A DNA stretch of 64,000 nt from Coprothermobacterota bacterium (GCA_037440465.1 JBBIUB010000001.1:140105-204104), one strand, 5' to 3'. Shown: positions 29,326-39,371, counted from the stretch's first letter. The notes: generated by a model not told the origin, from the letters alone. Program-made: numbers and translations.

Positions 29326-31706
29326 TTAGTCCAACCGCAATTATGGCAGGTATCACAGCCTTCTTGACTGACGAGAGACTGGCCACATTCAGGGCAAAAC
29401 TCTACCCCTTGGCCTTCTAACTGTACCTGCATTTTATCATCACCATAAGTTTCTCTCAATGTATTTAATGCTTCTTCATTATTTGTTTTGAAACCTATAG
29501 GGGGTTTATTCTCCATATCTTCCAGTTCAACAGGTTTTTCCTCATTATTTCCAGTTAAAACACCTACACTGATTATAGGCTTTAATTCATTTTTTTTCGT
29601 TATAGCATTTTTTTCCTCTCTTCCAATTGCTTCACTGAGAGCTCTGTTTATACCATGTGCAACAGATCGTAACCCATCTGGTGACAGTTTATATGTTACT
29701 GGGCATAGAGGATTCTTAAGTTGTTCCAGAATTACCTCCAATGGAATACCATACTGTAGAGCTATGGATGTTAAGCGGGCAATAGCTTCAAGTTCAGCAG
29801 GTGCTCCACCACCTGATAAGCTGGCAAAAACTTCAACTGGCTTATTCCCTTCACCGAGATTAACTGTTACATACAGAGAACCAACTCCTGTATTAAATTT
29901 CCTGGTAAATCCTCTTAGAACCCGGGGTCGTACCGAAAAAATCCTTTTTAAGGGAACTTTTTCTGTTTTCTGATTTTCAAGTGAAGCCGAAGGTTCATAA
30001 GTTACGGAAAGAACCTGAGAATCCAGAGATGAATCTCGGTAAATGGTAACACCTTTACACCCCTCCTGATAAGCTAAAAGGTATACTCTTTTTACATCAT
30101 CTACTGTAGCCTGTCGGTGTAGATTAACTGTCTTGGAGATTGAGTTATGAATATACTTTTGCCAGGCACTTTGCATCTTGACATGCCATTCAGGAGCCAC
30201 ATCATAAGCTACCGGGAAGTACATTTTTACCTCTTCAGGGGCTTCTTTCATTTTTCTGATAGATCCGCCCTTTTCTACAACTTGTTTAACCAGCTCTTCT
30301 TGAGGAAATCCCTTATTAATCAGATATTCTACAAAAGTAGGAACTACCTCGTTAAAATCACCAGCAGTAATTGAACGTTTGTATGCTATTGCAAAAAATG
30401 GTTCTATTCCTCCAGTTACTCCAGCTAAAATTGAAAGTGAACCCGTAGGAGCAATAGTGGTAGTTGCAGCATTACGCATAACCTTACCTTCTTTTTTCCA
30501 TTTGGACTTATTAATATTTGGGAAAGGACCCCTTTTACAAGCAAGGTCAATTGAAGCTTCTTCGGAATTCTTTGTTAAAAAATAACTAATCTTTTCAGCT
30601 TCTTGAAGAGCCTGATCGCTATCATAGGGTATACCTAATAAAGCTAAAGCATCAGCCCAACCCATTACTCCTAACCCAATACGACGATTACTCAAAGTTT
30701 TTTTCTTGATAGCTTCAATTGGATACTGATTGACTTCTATTACATTATCAAGGAAATGAACAGCTTCATAGATTGTTTTTCTAAAGAGTTCAAAGTCCCA
30801 TTTGTAAAAACCATTTTCATTTTTTAACATAACCCTTAGATTAATGCTGCCCAGGTTGCAGGAATCATATGGTGCCAGGAATTGTTCTCCGCATGGGTTA
30901 GTACTCTCAATTTGTTCTCCATCAACAGGGTCCATGTCTCTTGCTCTGTCAATAAAAATCACACCAGGGTCTCCTGTTTCCCAGGCACGAGCAGCAATAA
31001 GGTCAAAGACATTGGTTGCATCGAGGGTATCAACTACTTTGCCGCTTCTTGGTTCTATTAAATTATAATAAGGAGAACTATGTAGTAAAGCTTCCATGAA
31101 TTCTTTAGTAAGAGCTACTGAAATATTAAAATTGCGAAAAGATTTTTTATCACCCTTAGAGTTTATGAATTTAAGAATGTCAGGGTGGTCCACCCGCAAA
31201 ACACCCATCATAGCTCCTCTTCTTACACCACCTTGTGCAATTGTTTCGCACATTACATCAAACACTCTCATGAAGGATACAGGTCCGCTTGCTGGTTGTC
31301 CGGTACTTTCTACTATAGCCCCTGCTGGTCTTAACATAGAAAAAGCCATACCGATTCCTCCCCCAGTCTTCATAATTAAAGCGCCTTCTTTAACAGCTTG
31401 AAAGATGCCATCTACTGAATCGTCAACCCTAAGTACAAAACATGCTGATAATTGCCCAAGAGGTCTACCAGCATTTATGAGCGTAGGTGTGTTTGGCAAG
31501 AAACGGAGAGATGTTAAAAGATTAAAAAAACTTTCTTCTAATCGTAATATTTCTTCTTGAGAAGAACCAAATCTCTCATCTGCTGAAGAGATAAACTTCG
31601 CTACACGTAGAAACATCTCTTCAGGAGTTTCTACTATTTTTCCTGTATTATCTCGGGCTAAATATCTCTGTTCCAGAACTTTTATGGCTATATCATTAAA
31701 TTTCAT
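29316..31706 (-). CDS. nrdJ: Adenosylcobalamin-dependent (class II) ribonucleotide reductase with C-terminal Zn-finger
   Basis: PNTPTLINAG, QLSACF, RRGAMM, TNPCGEQ, IAPTGS, KGVTIYRD, CPECG..EGC..C..CGWTKC; no beta subunit nearby. Confidence 0.93.
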   Translation of the reverse strand: MKFNDIAIKVLEQRYLARDNTGKIVETPEEMFLRVAKFISSADERFGSSQEEILRLEESFFNLLTSLRFLPNTPTLINAGRPLGQLSACFVLRVDDSVDGIFQAVKEGALIMKTGGGIGMAFSMLRPAGAIVESTGQPASGPVSFMRVFDVMCETIAQGGVRRGAMMGVLRVDHPDILKFINSKGDKKSFRNFNISVALTKEFMEALLHSSPYYNLIEPRSGKVVDTLDATNVFDLIAARAWETGDPGVIFIDRARDMDPVDGEQIESTNPCGEQFLAPYDSCNLGSINLRVMLKNENGFYKWDFELFRKTIYEAVHFLDNVIEVNQYPIEAIKKKTLSNRRIGLGVMGWADALALLGIPYDSDQALQEAEKISYFLTKNSEEASIDLACKRGPFPNINKSKWKKEGKVMRNAATTTIAPTGSLSILAGVTGGIEPFFAIAYKRSITAGDFNEVVPTFVEYLINKGFPQEELVKQVVEKGGSIRKMKEAPEEVKMYFPVAYDVAPEWHVKMQSAWQKYIHNSISKTVNLHRQATVDDVKRVYLLAYQEGCKGVTIYRDSSLDSQVLSVTYEPSASLENQKTEKVPLKRIFSVRPRVLRGFTRKFNTGVGSLYVTVNLGEGNKPVEVFASLSGGGAPAELEAIARLTSIALQYGIPLEVILEQLKNPLCPVTYKLSPDGLRSVAHGINRALSEAIGREEKNAITKKNELKPIISVGVLTGNNEEKPVELEDMENKPPIGFKTNNEEALNTLRETYGDDKMQVQLEGQGVEFCPECGQSLVSQEGCDTCHNCGWTKCL

Positions 31707-31838
31707 GGCTCTCTCCTTTTTTATAATTATCCAATAAATTTTAGCACTTTTATAGTAAAAGATGCTATCTCCATACTAAAGTATGAGCTGTAAGAACCCC
31801 CCCCACCTTAATCCTTCTGTTTTTATCATATTTTTCTG

Positions 31839-31847
31839 TGTTATAAT
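31839..31847 (+). promoter_or_regulatory. Extended -10 promoter (TGnTATAAT), likely giving a leaderless mRNA
   Basis: TG-T-TATAAT ends 7 nt before ATG 31855; no SD present. Confidence 0.55.
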
Positions 31848-31854
31848 TTTACAT

Positions 31855-32823
31855 ATGGAAAATATAGCAGTTAAAGCAGTAAATTTAAATAGAACATACA
31901 AAAAAGGACATCAGGTAACAGAAGCCTTGAAGGGACTTTCTCTTGAAATCCAGAAAGGCGAACTTTTTGGAGTTCTTGGGAGAAATGGGGCTGGTAAAAC
32001 TACATTTCTAAAAATCTTATCTACCCTTTTATACCCGACTTCCGGTCAAGCCTGGGTAGATGGGTGGGATGTGGTCAAAGAAAGTCACAAGGTAAGGGAA
32101 ATCATAAATTTAGTCACAGGAGGTGAGAATTCAGGTTATGGCATTCTCAATTTAAGAGAAAACCTGTGGATGTTCTCTCAGTTTTACGGACTCCCATCCC
32201 GTGAAGCCTTTAAACGTATTGATTATTATCTGGAGAGATTTAACTTAGCTGATAAGGCAAAGACCAGGGTAAGCGCATTAAGTAGCGGTATGAAGCAAAA
32301 AATGGGGCTCATACGAGGTCTTTTGAACGACCCCAAAGTTCTGTTTCTGGATGAACCGACAATAGGACTGGATGTGGAATCTGCAAGAGAAATAAGGTCT
32401 TTCCTGAAGGAATGGATGAAAGATAGCGATAGAACAACAATTCTGACAACACATTACATGTTTGAAGCTGAAGAATTATCTCATAGACTGGCAATAATAG
32501 AAGGTGGTCAGATAGTTGCTTTGGGTACACCTGATGAGTTAAAGAGTCTGGCAGGCAAAGAACCTTTTTATGAATTAACTCTAAAAGGACTTCCATTAAC
32601 ATACTCTTTTAACCTTGAAGGAATAAATCTTGTCACACGTCGTGATGAAAATGGAATGAGTATTTTAACAATTAAGTTGGAAGAAGATTCTCTACTCTCT
32701 GTTTTATTACAGAATATTAACTCTATTGGAGGAAACTTAGTATTTCTAAAGAAAAAAGAGCCTACCCTGGAGGATGCTTTTGTAAGCCTGGTTGGTAGAG
32801 GTATAGACGAAGCTGGGAAATAA
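31855..32823 (+). CDS. ABC-2 exporter ATP-binding protein
   Basis: GRNGAGKT, LSSGMKQK, LFLDEPT, TTHYM, EPTLEDAF; start set at MENIAV. Confidence 0.92.
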   Translation: MENIAVKAVNLNRTYKKGHQVTEALKGLSLEIQKGELFGVLGRNGAGKTTFLKILSTLLYPTSGQAWVDGWDVVKESHKVREIINLVTGGENSGYGILNLRENLWMFSQFYGLPSREAFKRIDYYLERFNLADKAKTRVSALSSGMKQKMGLIRGLLNDPKVLFLDEPTIGLDVESAREIRSFLKEWMKDSDRTTILTTHYMFEAEELSHRLAIIEGGQIVALGTPDELKSLAGKEPFYELTLKGLPLTYSFNLEGINLVTRRDENGMSILTIKLEEDSLLSVLLQNINSIGGNLVFLKKKEPTLEDAFVSLVGRGIDEAGK

Positions 32824-32828
32824 AAAAA

Positions 32829-33680
32829 GTGAAAGATAAATCCCTCAAACCAGCTTTACAGTTTTATAAAAAGATAATGTTAGAACTTCGTGCCATTAGA
32901 GGTAGGGCTTATGTTAGAGTTACAGCCATAAGACGCGATCTGATTTTGCTACCCTTTCAAGTGGTTCTTCCTGTTTTAGGAGTTGCTGCCTATATCTACC
33001 TCTACCGTTTTTTAGGTGCTCCCCCTCAGTTTGGCACCCTTGTTCTTATTGGTGGAGTAATGACTACTTACTGGCTAAATATATTATGGTCTATGGCTTC
33101 TCAACTATACTGGGAAAGAATGACTGGTAATCTTGAGCTTTATTTTCTTATGCCTGCATCAAAGATGAGCATTCTTCTGGGTATGGCAGTGGGTGGAATG
33201 TATATGAGCACTGTAAGAGCTTTAGGCACTCTATTACTTGGGTTAGTAATTTTTCGTTTACCCATAGTCGTCAATAACCCTTTAATGGTAATTGTACTTT
33301 TCATCCTTTCTTTATCTGCCCTATATGGGATGGGAATGCTCATGAGTTCAATCTTCCTGGTTTGGGGAAGAGAAGCCTGGCATCTTTCTAATCTATTCCA
33401 GGAACCTATATATCTACTATCCGGTTTCTATTTCCCTGTGAAGTCCCTTGGATATACATTAGCTATGATAGCCTCTTTTATACCTGTTACCCTAGCTCTG
33501 GATGGAATGAGGCAACTTCTCATGCCAGGTGGAGAAAAGATGGGGTTCATTCCAGTCTGGCAGAGTATTGCAGTCCTATCAGCGATGGCTGTGCTTTTTC
33601 CTTTGCTAGCTTATTATGGGTTGGCATATATGGAAAGACTGGCTAAAAGAGCTGGGAGGATTACCACAAGGTGGCAGTAG
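32829..33680 (+). CDS. ABC-2 permease
   Basis: Six hydrophobic segments, WERMTGNLE, LSGFYFPV. Confidence 0.88.
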   Translation: MKDKSLKPALQFYKKIMLELRAIRGRAYVRVTAIRRDLILLPFQVVLPVLGVAAYIYLYRFLGAPPQFGTLVLIGGVMTTYWLNILWSMASQLYWERMTGNLELYFLMPASKMSILLGMAVGGMYMSTVRALGTLLLGLVIFRLPIVVNNPLMVIVLFILSLSALYGMGMLMSSIFLVWGREAWHLSNLFQEPIYLLSGFYFPVKSLGYTLAMIASFIPVTLALDGMRQLLMPGGEKMGFIPVWQSIAVLSAMAVLFPLLAYYGLAYMERLAKRAGRITTRWQ

Positions 33681-34495
33681 AACTAAGTAGACTCAACCCT
33701 TCCTGGAGAAAGTTCTTTGTCTCCCTTTGGGCTGGTTGGAAGATAACCAGTAATTGGACAGAACCCTTTATATTTTTTATCTACCTTCTTTTTAAGCCTT
33801 TATCCTCAGTGCTTATCCTGGTTGTAATGTTCTATGTCATTACTGGAAATTTCTCCGGAGAGCAACTTCTTTTTCTTTATGTGGGCAATTCCTTCTTCTC
33901 TATTGTCAGATCTGGTATATCTGCTGCCTGGGTCATTGCAGAAGATAGAGACTGGTTTGAAACTATAAAATCCATTTATGCATCTCCAGGGTCATATCTT
34001 TCGCATATTCTTGGTAGAACAAGCGCTGATTTCCTCTTTTCCACTTTTTCTGCAGTAGTCTTACTTCTGGCTGGCACATTAATACTTCGCTTACCCCTGG
34101 GACTTGACCTTAGTCTAATGTTATATTTATTACCTTTAATATTAATTGTGACATCTGCTCTTGCTTTATTCTTTTCAGCAATAGCCCTCTTTGCCGGACA
34201 TGGTGGTGAGTTCATTGTTGAAGGTTCTTCTGCATTCATTTACCTTTTTTCTGGAATTATCTTCCCAGCTTCTACACTACCGCCCATACTTAAAGAAGTG
34301 GCACTGACAAACCCACTTACACATCTTACCAATTTATTCAGGGCTGCTTTGAGGGTAGGGCCTTTACCAAATATCCATATTATCTGGCTTTACGCTATAT
34401 CCCTGGTCTTCCTTTTTCTAGGAGTTTTCTTCTTCAATTGGTCTTTCCGGTTGGCTTTAAAGCTGGGAATTCTAGACCAAAAAGCTTCTCACTAA
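33671..34495 (+). CDS. ABC-2 permease
   Basis: Hydrophobic; EDR..ETIK.IY.SP, FSGIIFP..TLP...NPLT. Confidence 0.86.
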   Translation: MAVELSRLNPSWRKFFVSLWAGWKITSNWTEPFIFFIYLLFKPLSSVLILVVMFYVITGNFSGEQLLFLYVGNSFFSIVRSGISAAWVIAEDRDWFETIKSIYASPGSYLSHILGRTSADFLFSTFSAVVLLLAGTLILRLPLGLDLSLMLYLLPLILIVTSALALFFSAIALFAGHGGEFIVEGSSAFIYLFSGIIFPASTLPPILKEVALTNPLTHLTNLFRAALRVGPLPNIHIIWLYAISLVFLFLGVFFFNWSFRLALKLGILDQKASH

Positions 34496-34503
34496 AATCT
34501 TTC

Positions 34504-34988
34504 CTAACCTTTTTTGTTCTTTATATACTTGAGATAACTTTCCCAGTCCTTCTGAAAGTTCAGTAGCCCTATGTCTGTTAAGGGGTGTTTAAACATCTTT
34601 TCTAAGACCGTAAAGGGCACCGTTACTATATCCGCACCGATCATAGCTGCCTCAATTACATGTTCTGGATGCCTGATGCTGGCAACTATAATCTCAGTCT
34701 CAAAGTCATAATTTCTATAAATCTGAACTATCTGCTCCACAAGCTCCATCCCCACATGTCCTATATCGTCCAACCTTCCAATAAAAGGACTTACATAGGT
34801 ACCCCCGGCTTTAGCTGCCAGTATAGACTGAAGAGGACTAAAAACCAGAGTGACATTGGTTTTTACGCCCAGGGTCTTGACTCCCTGGAAACCAGGGTGG
34901 GATTGGTGGTCACCCCGTCAATTACTCCCCACTCTACAGTTTTTTTGATTTCTTCTATGTTTGCAGTATCGAGGAAAATTTTCATCAT
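34504..34988 (-). pseudogene. tal: Transaldolase / fructose-6-phosphate aldolase with internal deletion and frameshift
   Basis: [16 protein letters not shown]...[12 protein letters not shown] joins out of frame near 34880 to [15 protein letters not shown]...SPFIGRLDD...ASIRHP; the segment carrying the Schiff-base Lys (VKIP) is absent. Confidence 0.9.
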
Positions 34989-35184
34989 AACACCTCCTTG
35001 TATACAAATCAGCTTTAACTTTGCTTTTCTTTAATTCTACAAAGTCTTGTCCTTGTTTTTGAAATTATACAATAACTAGAATTATGTTGATATTATCATG
35101 CGTAATTGAGAACAAGCTATTATTGGTAATTGGGGAAAGTGTACTTTGGTTGTTTCGGAATCTCATTATGTAGTACTTAAATAA

Positions 35185-35272
35185 GAGGTCCTGATATAAA
35201 TTCAGGATGACAAAAGAAAGATGAATTCAGGATGACGGTGGAGTGGAGATGCTGAAACGAGTTCAGCATGAC
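35185..35272. repeat. Three family A REP-like units 3' of tRNA-Val(CAC)
   Basis: GAGGTCCTGATATAAATTCAGGATGAC, GAATTCAGGATGAC, GAGATGCTGAAACGAGTTCAGCATGAC. Confidence 0.82.
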
Positions 35273-35290
35273 GGTAATCTGACAAAACCA

Positions 35291-35365
35291 TGGTGGGCGG
35301 AACAGGATTCGAACCTGTGGCCTCTTGCGTGTGAAGCAAGCGTTCTCCCGCTGAACTATCCGCCC
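35291..35365 (-). tRNA. tRNA-Val(CAC)
   Basis: GGGCGGATAGTTCAGCGGGAGAACG-CTTGC-TTCACAC-GCAAG...CCACCA. Confidence 0.95.
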
Positions 35366-35430
35366 TTGTGTTATTTTATCATACCAAAGTCAGGATTGAT
35401 TTTATCAGATGCTTAAATAAATTGAAAAGA

Positions 35431-35543
35431 GAGATCTTGAAATAAATTCAGGATGACAGGATGGGAGGATGAGATCCTGAAATAATACTAAAACAATCCT
35501 GAACAGTTTTCAAGGCATGGCTCAGGGTATGACTCAGGATGAC
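35431..35543. repeat. Family A units 5' of tRNA-Val(CAC), including a multiply nested copy
   Basis: GAGATCTTGAAATAAATTCAGGATGAC; GAGATCCTGAAATAA-[TACTAAAACAATCCTGAACAGTTTTCAAGGCATGGCTCAGGGTATGA]-CTCAGGATGAC. Confidence 0.82.
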
Positions 35544-35591
35544 AGAGAAGAGATTGTAACCCTGAAGTTGCGGGTAAGGGGTGTTTTATAA

Positions 35592-36476
35592 CTATATAGA
35601 CTCTCTAAGATCCCATAGTAGTGCTAAATTTGCTTTAGGGTTAATGTAAGGTTCTAAAGAACCACTCTTTGAAGTAAAGATGGTGGTTACTCCGGGTCCA
35701 TGACCGGCGAGAACACAGTCACTATGAGTTACTACACCAATAGTAACAGCTCCTTGATAAAAGATACGTCCGAAAGAATGGTCAGTATCCATTATAGCTA
35801 TTATGTCACCGAATCGTATATCTTCAAGACCAAGCCTATCTACAGTTTCTTTGTCAAAAAGGGTGATATCATAATCACCACTCTGAACCTGAAAAGCCCC
35901 GAGTCCTGAACCCATGACCTGGGCTGGCACTATATGGGTTACTCCAACTCCTAATTTTCCATCCTTTTCTTCCAAGGTTAACTTATCAATCATTCGAGGG
36001 TCCAGGTTGAATGCTTTTATATTGGGATAATCAATAAGTTCAAGACCCATCCCATACGCTTTTATCAATATTTTATCGCCTGGAACAATCTTTTCAAGAA
36101 CTTCAAAAGGATAATCTACCAAGACATGTTCTATTCCACCATGTTTCCCTACAACAATCCCTTTTTCACCCTTAGCTTCACCGCTCATTAAAATTGCTTC
36201 ATTACCAAGACAACTCATAAGATTATAGGCTGTATTGGCAAGGTCACCAACAGCATCTTTCTCTTTATTCTTAGAAGACACACCGGGTTCAACATGGTCT
36301 GCTTTAAGACCAACAGCAATATCTCCAACTCTCAGGTTATAGGTAACTCCACCTGTTCCCGGGAGGATAACTGCTTCTCCCTCTGTTGTAATCCTATAAG
36401 GGTATCTCATCTGGGGAGAACTGACCTCTCCCACAACCGAAATCATAACAAGCTTGTCTTTATTTGTTCTTACCAT
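35592..36476 (-). CDS. DUF4438-family protein
   Basis: RTNKDKLVMISVVGE, PGTGGVTYN, DHVEPGVS, GKHGGIEH, SGDYDI, GHGPGVT; start at ATG 36476 after AGGAGG. Confidence 0.75.
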   Translation of the reverse strand: MVRTNKDKLVMISVVGEVSSPQMRYPYRITTEGEAVILPGTGGVTYNLRVGDIAVGLKADHVEPGVSSKNKEKDAVGDLANTAYNLMSCLGNEAILMSGEAKGEKGIVVGKHGGIEHVLVDYPFEVLEKIVPGDKILIKAYGMGLELIDYPNIKAFNLDPRMIDKLTLEEKDGKLGVGVTHIVPAQVMGSGLGAFQVQSGDYDITLFDKETVDRLGLEDIRFGDIIAIMDTDHSFGRIFYQGAVTIGVVTHSDCVLAGHGPGVTTIFTSKSGSLEPYINPKANLALLWDLRESI

Positions 36477-36562
36477 ATTACCTCCTTTCTGATATGTAAT
36501 GTGATACTCGCCACACTTTACAGATTTTCTGTCACTCTTCACAATTCACATTTTTAACTAGG

Positions 36563-37912
36563 TTATACAGGGATTTCGTCTTCTTTTCTTTTTGTCTCTA
36601 AAACAGTGAAGGAAGAATACTCCTTTTCAAAACGGAGCTTTATCACACCAGTAGGTCCATTTCTCTGCTTAGCGATATTTACTTCTACCACACCGGGTTC
36701 TGTACTCTGAGGATTGTGGTAATCATCTCTATATAAGAATATGACCATATCAGCATCTTGTTCGATAGAACCCGATTCTCTTAAATCAGGTAAAATAGGC
36801 CGTCTATCTGGCCTATCTTCAGGTCTACGGGATAGCTGAGAAAGTACAACAAGGGGTATATTCAATTCTCTTGACAAGCTTTTTAAAGCCCTTGTTAGCT
36901 CTGATACTTCCTGTACACGAGACTCGCTTCTACTACTACCCTGAATGAGCTGTAGATAGTCAACAAACAGTATTTTTATATCCTTTTCGAGTTTAAGTCT
37001 ACGCGCTCTTGTTCTAAGCTCCATGATGGTTAATGTAGAAGAATCATCTATATAGAAAGGAGCTCTCCCGAGTTCTCCAAAAGCCTCAGCAAGATCCCTC
37101 CACTCATCTTCTGTTATATGTCCCTGCCTTAATCTGTGATTATTAATCATGGCTTCTTTGCTTAGAAGCCTTAGAACAGTTTGCTGTCTTGACATTTCTA
37201 GAGAGAAGAAACCAATAGGAAAGCTACCTTCAATAGCCATATTTCTTGCAATATTCAAGGCAAAGGCTGTTTTGCCAACTGAAGGCCGAGCAGCAATGAT
37301 AATAAGATCTGATGGTTGAAAACCGGTAGTCAAAGAATCGATTGGAAGAAAATAAGTAGGTAATCCATATACTGCTCCTTTATGGTGGCAAATCTTCTCA
37401 AGATAAGCAAAAACTTCCCCTAAAACATCCTTTACAAGATAGGTGCCTGATAATCCTCTCCTACCAACCTGTTGAAGGAGAAGCTGTTCTGCTTTGTCTC
37501 TTAGTAAATCAACATCTTCAGCCAGGTTATAACCGAGTGATGCTACTTCTGTACCTATTCTTATAAGAGCTCTTCTTATAGAATCGTCACGGACTATCTT
37601 AGCATAGTGATTGACATTGGCTGCTGTTGGAACAGCTGTGGCTAAATCCGCAAGGTAACTTCCACCTCCTACCTCCTCTAATCGCCCTCTTCTGTGTAAT
37701 TCGTCAGTGATGACAAGAAGATCTACTGGTTCCCCTTTATTAAAGAGATCTGTAATAGTATCATATATGATCTTATGAGAGGAATTATAGAAATCACGAC
37801 CTTCCAGGAATTCGGCTGTTTTTATAATTGCTTCACGATCCAGAAGAAGAGAGCCCAGAACAGCTTGTTCTGCTTCCAAATTGTGAGGAGGAACTACTGA
37901 TGGTATACTCAT
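36563..37912 (-). CDS. dnaB: Replicative DNA helicase
   Basis: PPHNLEAEQAVLG, AARPSVGKT, DYLQL, LSQLSR, DLRESGSIEQDAD, KQRNGPTG. Confidence 0.98.
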   Translation of the reverse strand: MSIPSVVPPHNLEAEQAVLGSLLLDREAIIKTAEFLEGRDFYNSSHKIIYDTITDLFNKGEPVDLLVITDELHRRGRLEEVGGGSYLADLATAVPTAANVNHYAKIVRDDSIRRALIRIGTEVASLGYNLAEDVDLLRDKAEQLLLQQVGRRGLSGTYLVKDVLGEVFAYLEKICHHKGAVYGLPTYFLPIDSLTTGFQPSDLIIIAARPSVGKTAFALNIARNMAIEGSFPIGFFSLEMSRQQTVLRLLSKEAMINNHRLRQGHITEDEWRDLAEAFGELGRAPFYIDDSSTLTIMELRTRARRLKLEKDIKILFVDYLQLIQGSSRSESRVQEVSELTRALKSLSRELNIPLVVLSQLSRRPEDRPDRRPILPDLRESGSIEQDADMVIFLYRDDYHNPQSTEPGVVEVNIAKQRNGPTGVIKLRFEKEYSSFTVLETKRKEDEIPV

Positions 37913-38373
37913 TGTTTATGACTTCGAGGTTTAACTTCGAGAATCAGATTTGCTTTTACATCTTTAGACAAATATATTGTAATATAATGACGACCAATGG
38001 AACGAATCGGAGTTTCTATATCTATTACTTTCTTATCTATAGAAAGCCCTAATTTATTCTTGAGTTCTTCTGCAATATTCCTATTAGTGATAGAACCGAA
38101 TATCTTCCCACCTTCCCCGACAGCAGCTTCCAGATACAGGGGGTTTTCCTCAAGTTTATCCTTTAAAACCGCTGCTCTTTTAATTTCTTTATCTATCCTA
38201 CTCTCTTTCTGTTTAAGAATATTTACCTGAGATTGCTCTATGCCATTTGTAGCTATTGCTACAAAACCTTTAGGAATAAGAAAGTTTCTAACATATCCTT
38301 CACTTACTTCTTTTATTTCGCCTTTCTTGCCTAAACTTGGCACATCCTTTAAAAGTAAGACTTTAAGTCCCAT
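37909..38373 (-). CDS. rplI: 50S ribosomal protein L9
   Basis: KVLLLKDV..LGKKG..GYVRNFLIP, FGSIT. Confidence 0.97.
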   Translation of the reverse strand: MGLKVLLLKDVPSLGKKGEIKEVSEGYVRNFLIPKGFVAIATNGIEQSQVNILKQKESRIDKEIKRAAVLKDKLEENPLYLEAAVGEGGKIFGSITNRNIAEELKNKLGLSIDKKVIDIETPIRSIGRHYITIYLSKDVKANLILEVKPRSHKQ

Positions 38374-38393
38374 ATAAGGTTTAAGACTCTCCG

Positions 38394-38639
38394 TTACCTG
38401 GATATTATGGGTAAAAGAGCAATCTCTCTTGCTCTTTTTATAGCTAAAGCTAATCTTCTCTGGTGTTTAGCACAAACACCTGTTGTACGACGAGCTAAAA
38501 TTTTTCCTTTTTCCGTAATAAATCTTTTTAAACGACTGTAGTCTTTATAGTCAATATCATTTAATGATTCAACACAAAATGGACATACTTTTATTCTTCT
38601 TTTGAAACCGCCAGGTCGGGCTTTTTGTTCTATATTCAT
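38394..38639 (-). CDS. rpsR: 30S ribosomal protein S18 (Zn-binding type)
   Basis: [24 protein letters not shown]. Confidence 0.98.
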   Translation of the reverse strand: MNIEQKARPGGFKRRIKVCPFCVESLNDIDYKDYSRLKRFITEKGKILARRTTGVCAKHQRRLALAIKRAREIALLPIISR

Positions 38640-39064
38640 TTATTCATACCTCTCACTTCATCATCTTCTTCTTTAAACACGCTTTCAAGAATCTCTTCAA
38701 CCTCTCCTGCAGATTCAAGGGGTTGAACACCTTCTGTTTCCCTCTTCTCCAAAAATAGCACAGTACTTGCTACTACTTCTGAAACTCTACGCTTTTCTCC
38801 AGTTGAAGTTTCGTAACTTCTTGTTTGTAATCTACCTTCAACATATACTAACCTTCCTTTACTTAAAAAACGGGTAACCTGCTCTGCAAGATCCCGCCAG
38901 GCTACTATATTGAAGAAATCCGTTGACTCTTTCCTAATCCCATCTGGAGAGTTAAATACTCTATTAACTGCCAGGGAAAAGGTTGCAACATGAACACCAC
39001 TTTGGGTATAACGACCGATTGGATCAGCCGTTAGTCTTCCTATTAACATTACTTTATTAAGCAT
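38636..39064 (-). CDS. ssb: Single-stranded DNA-binding protein
   Basis: [36 protein letters not shown]. Confidence 0.97.
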   Translation of the reverse strand: MLNKVMLIGRLTADPIGRYTQSGVHVATFSLAVNRVFNSPDGIRKESTDFFNIVAWRDLAEQVTRFLSKGRLVYVEGRLQTRSYETSTGEKRRVSEVVASTVLFLEKRETEGVQPLESAGEVEEILESVFKEEDDEVRGMNK

Positions 39065-39080
39065 CCTATCCTCCAGATAA

Positions 39081-39365
39081 TCAATTAGTTTTTAAAAGGA
39101 TGAATCTTATTATTTCTTCAGAGGATTTTAGTGTTTTTCTTAGTTCAGCTACAGTTCCTCCAGGAATATTTAAGTTCAATACCAGGTAAACACCTTCTGT
39201 GTGTTTATTTATTGGATAAGCTAGACGCTTTTTCCCCCATTTGTTTGTCTCAATAATATTGCCACCTAAGGTTGTTATCAACTCGGTAAACTGTTCTGTA
39301 TAAACAGAAACATCATCTGGACTTAATTTAGTATCCAGAATCATCATAAGCTCGTAATTCTGCAT
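39081..39365 (-). CDS. rpsF: 30S ribosomal protein S6
   Basis: YELMMIL, WGKKRLAYPI; rpsF-ssb-rpsR synteny. Confidence 0.97.
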   Translation of the reverse strand: MQNYELMMILDTKLSPDDVSVYTEQFTELITTLGGNIIETNKWGKKRLAYPINKHTEGVYLVLNLNIPGGTVAELRKTLKSSEEIIRFILLKTN

Positions 39366-39371
39366 TTTTAT

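Noticed and set aside
31742..31786. NrdR boxes upstream of nrdJ
   Set aside because: Inverted repeats are present but match the NrdR consensus too weakly to call
35185..35543. Repeated palindromic units with variable spacers resembling a CRISPR array
   Set aside because: Units are degenerate, irregularly spaced, nested, interrupted by a tRNA and dispersed elsewhere in both orientations; this fits REP-like elements
29316..37912. Inteins in NrdJ or DnaB
   Set aside because: Protein lengths are normal and no intein splice or LAGLIDADG motifs are visible
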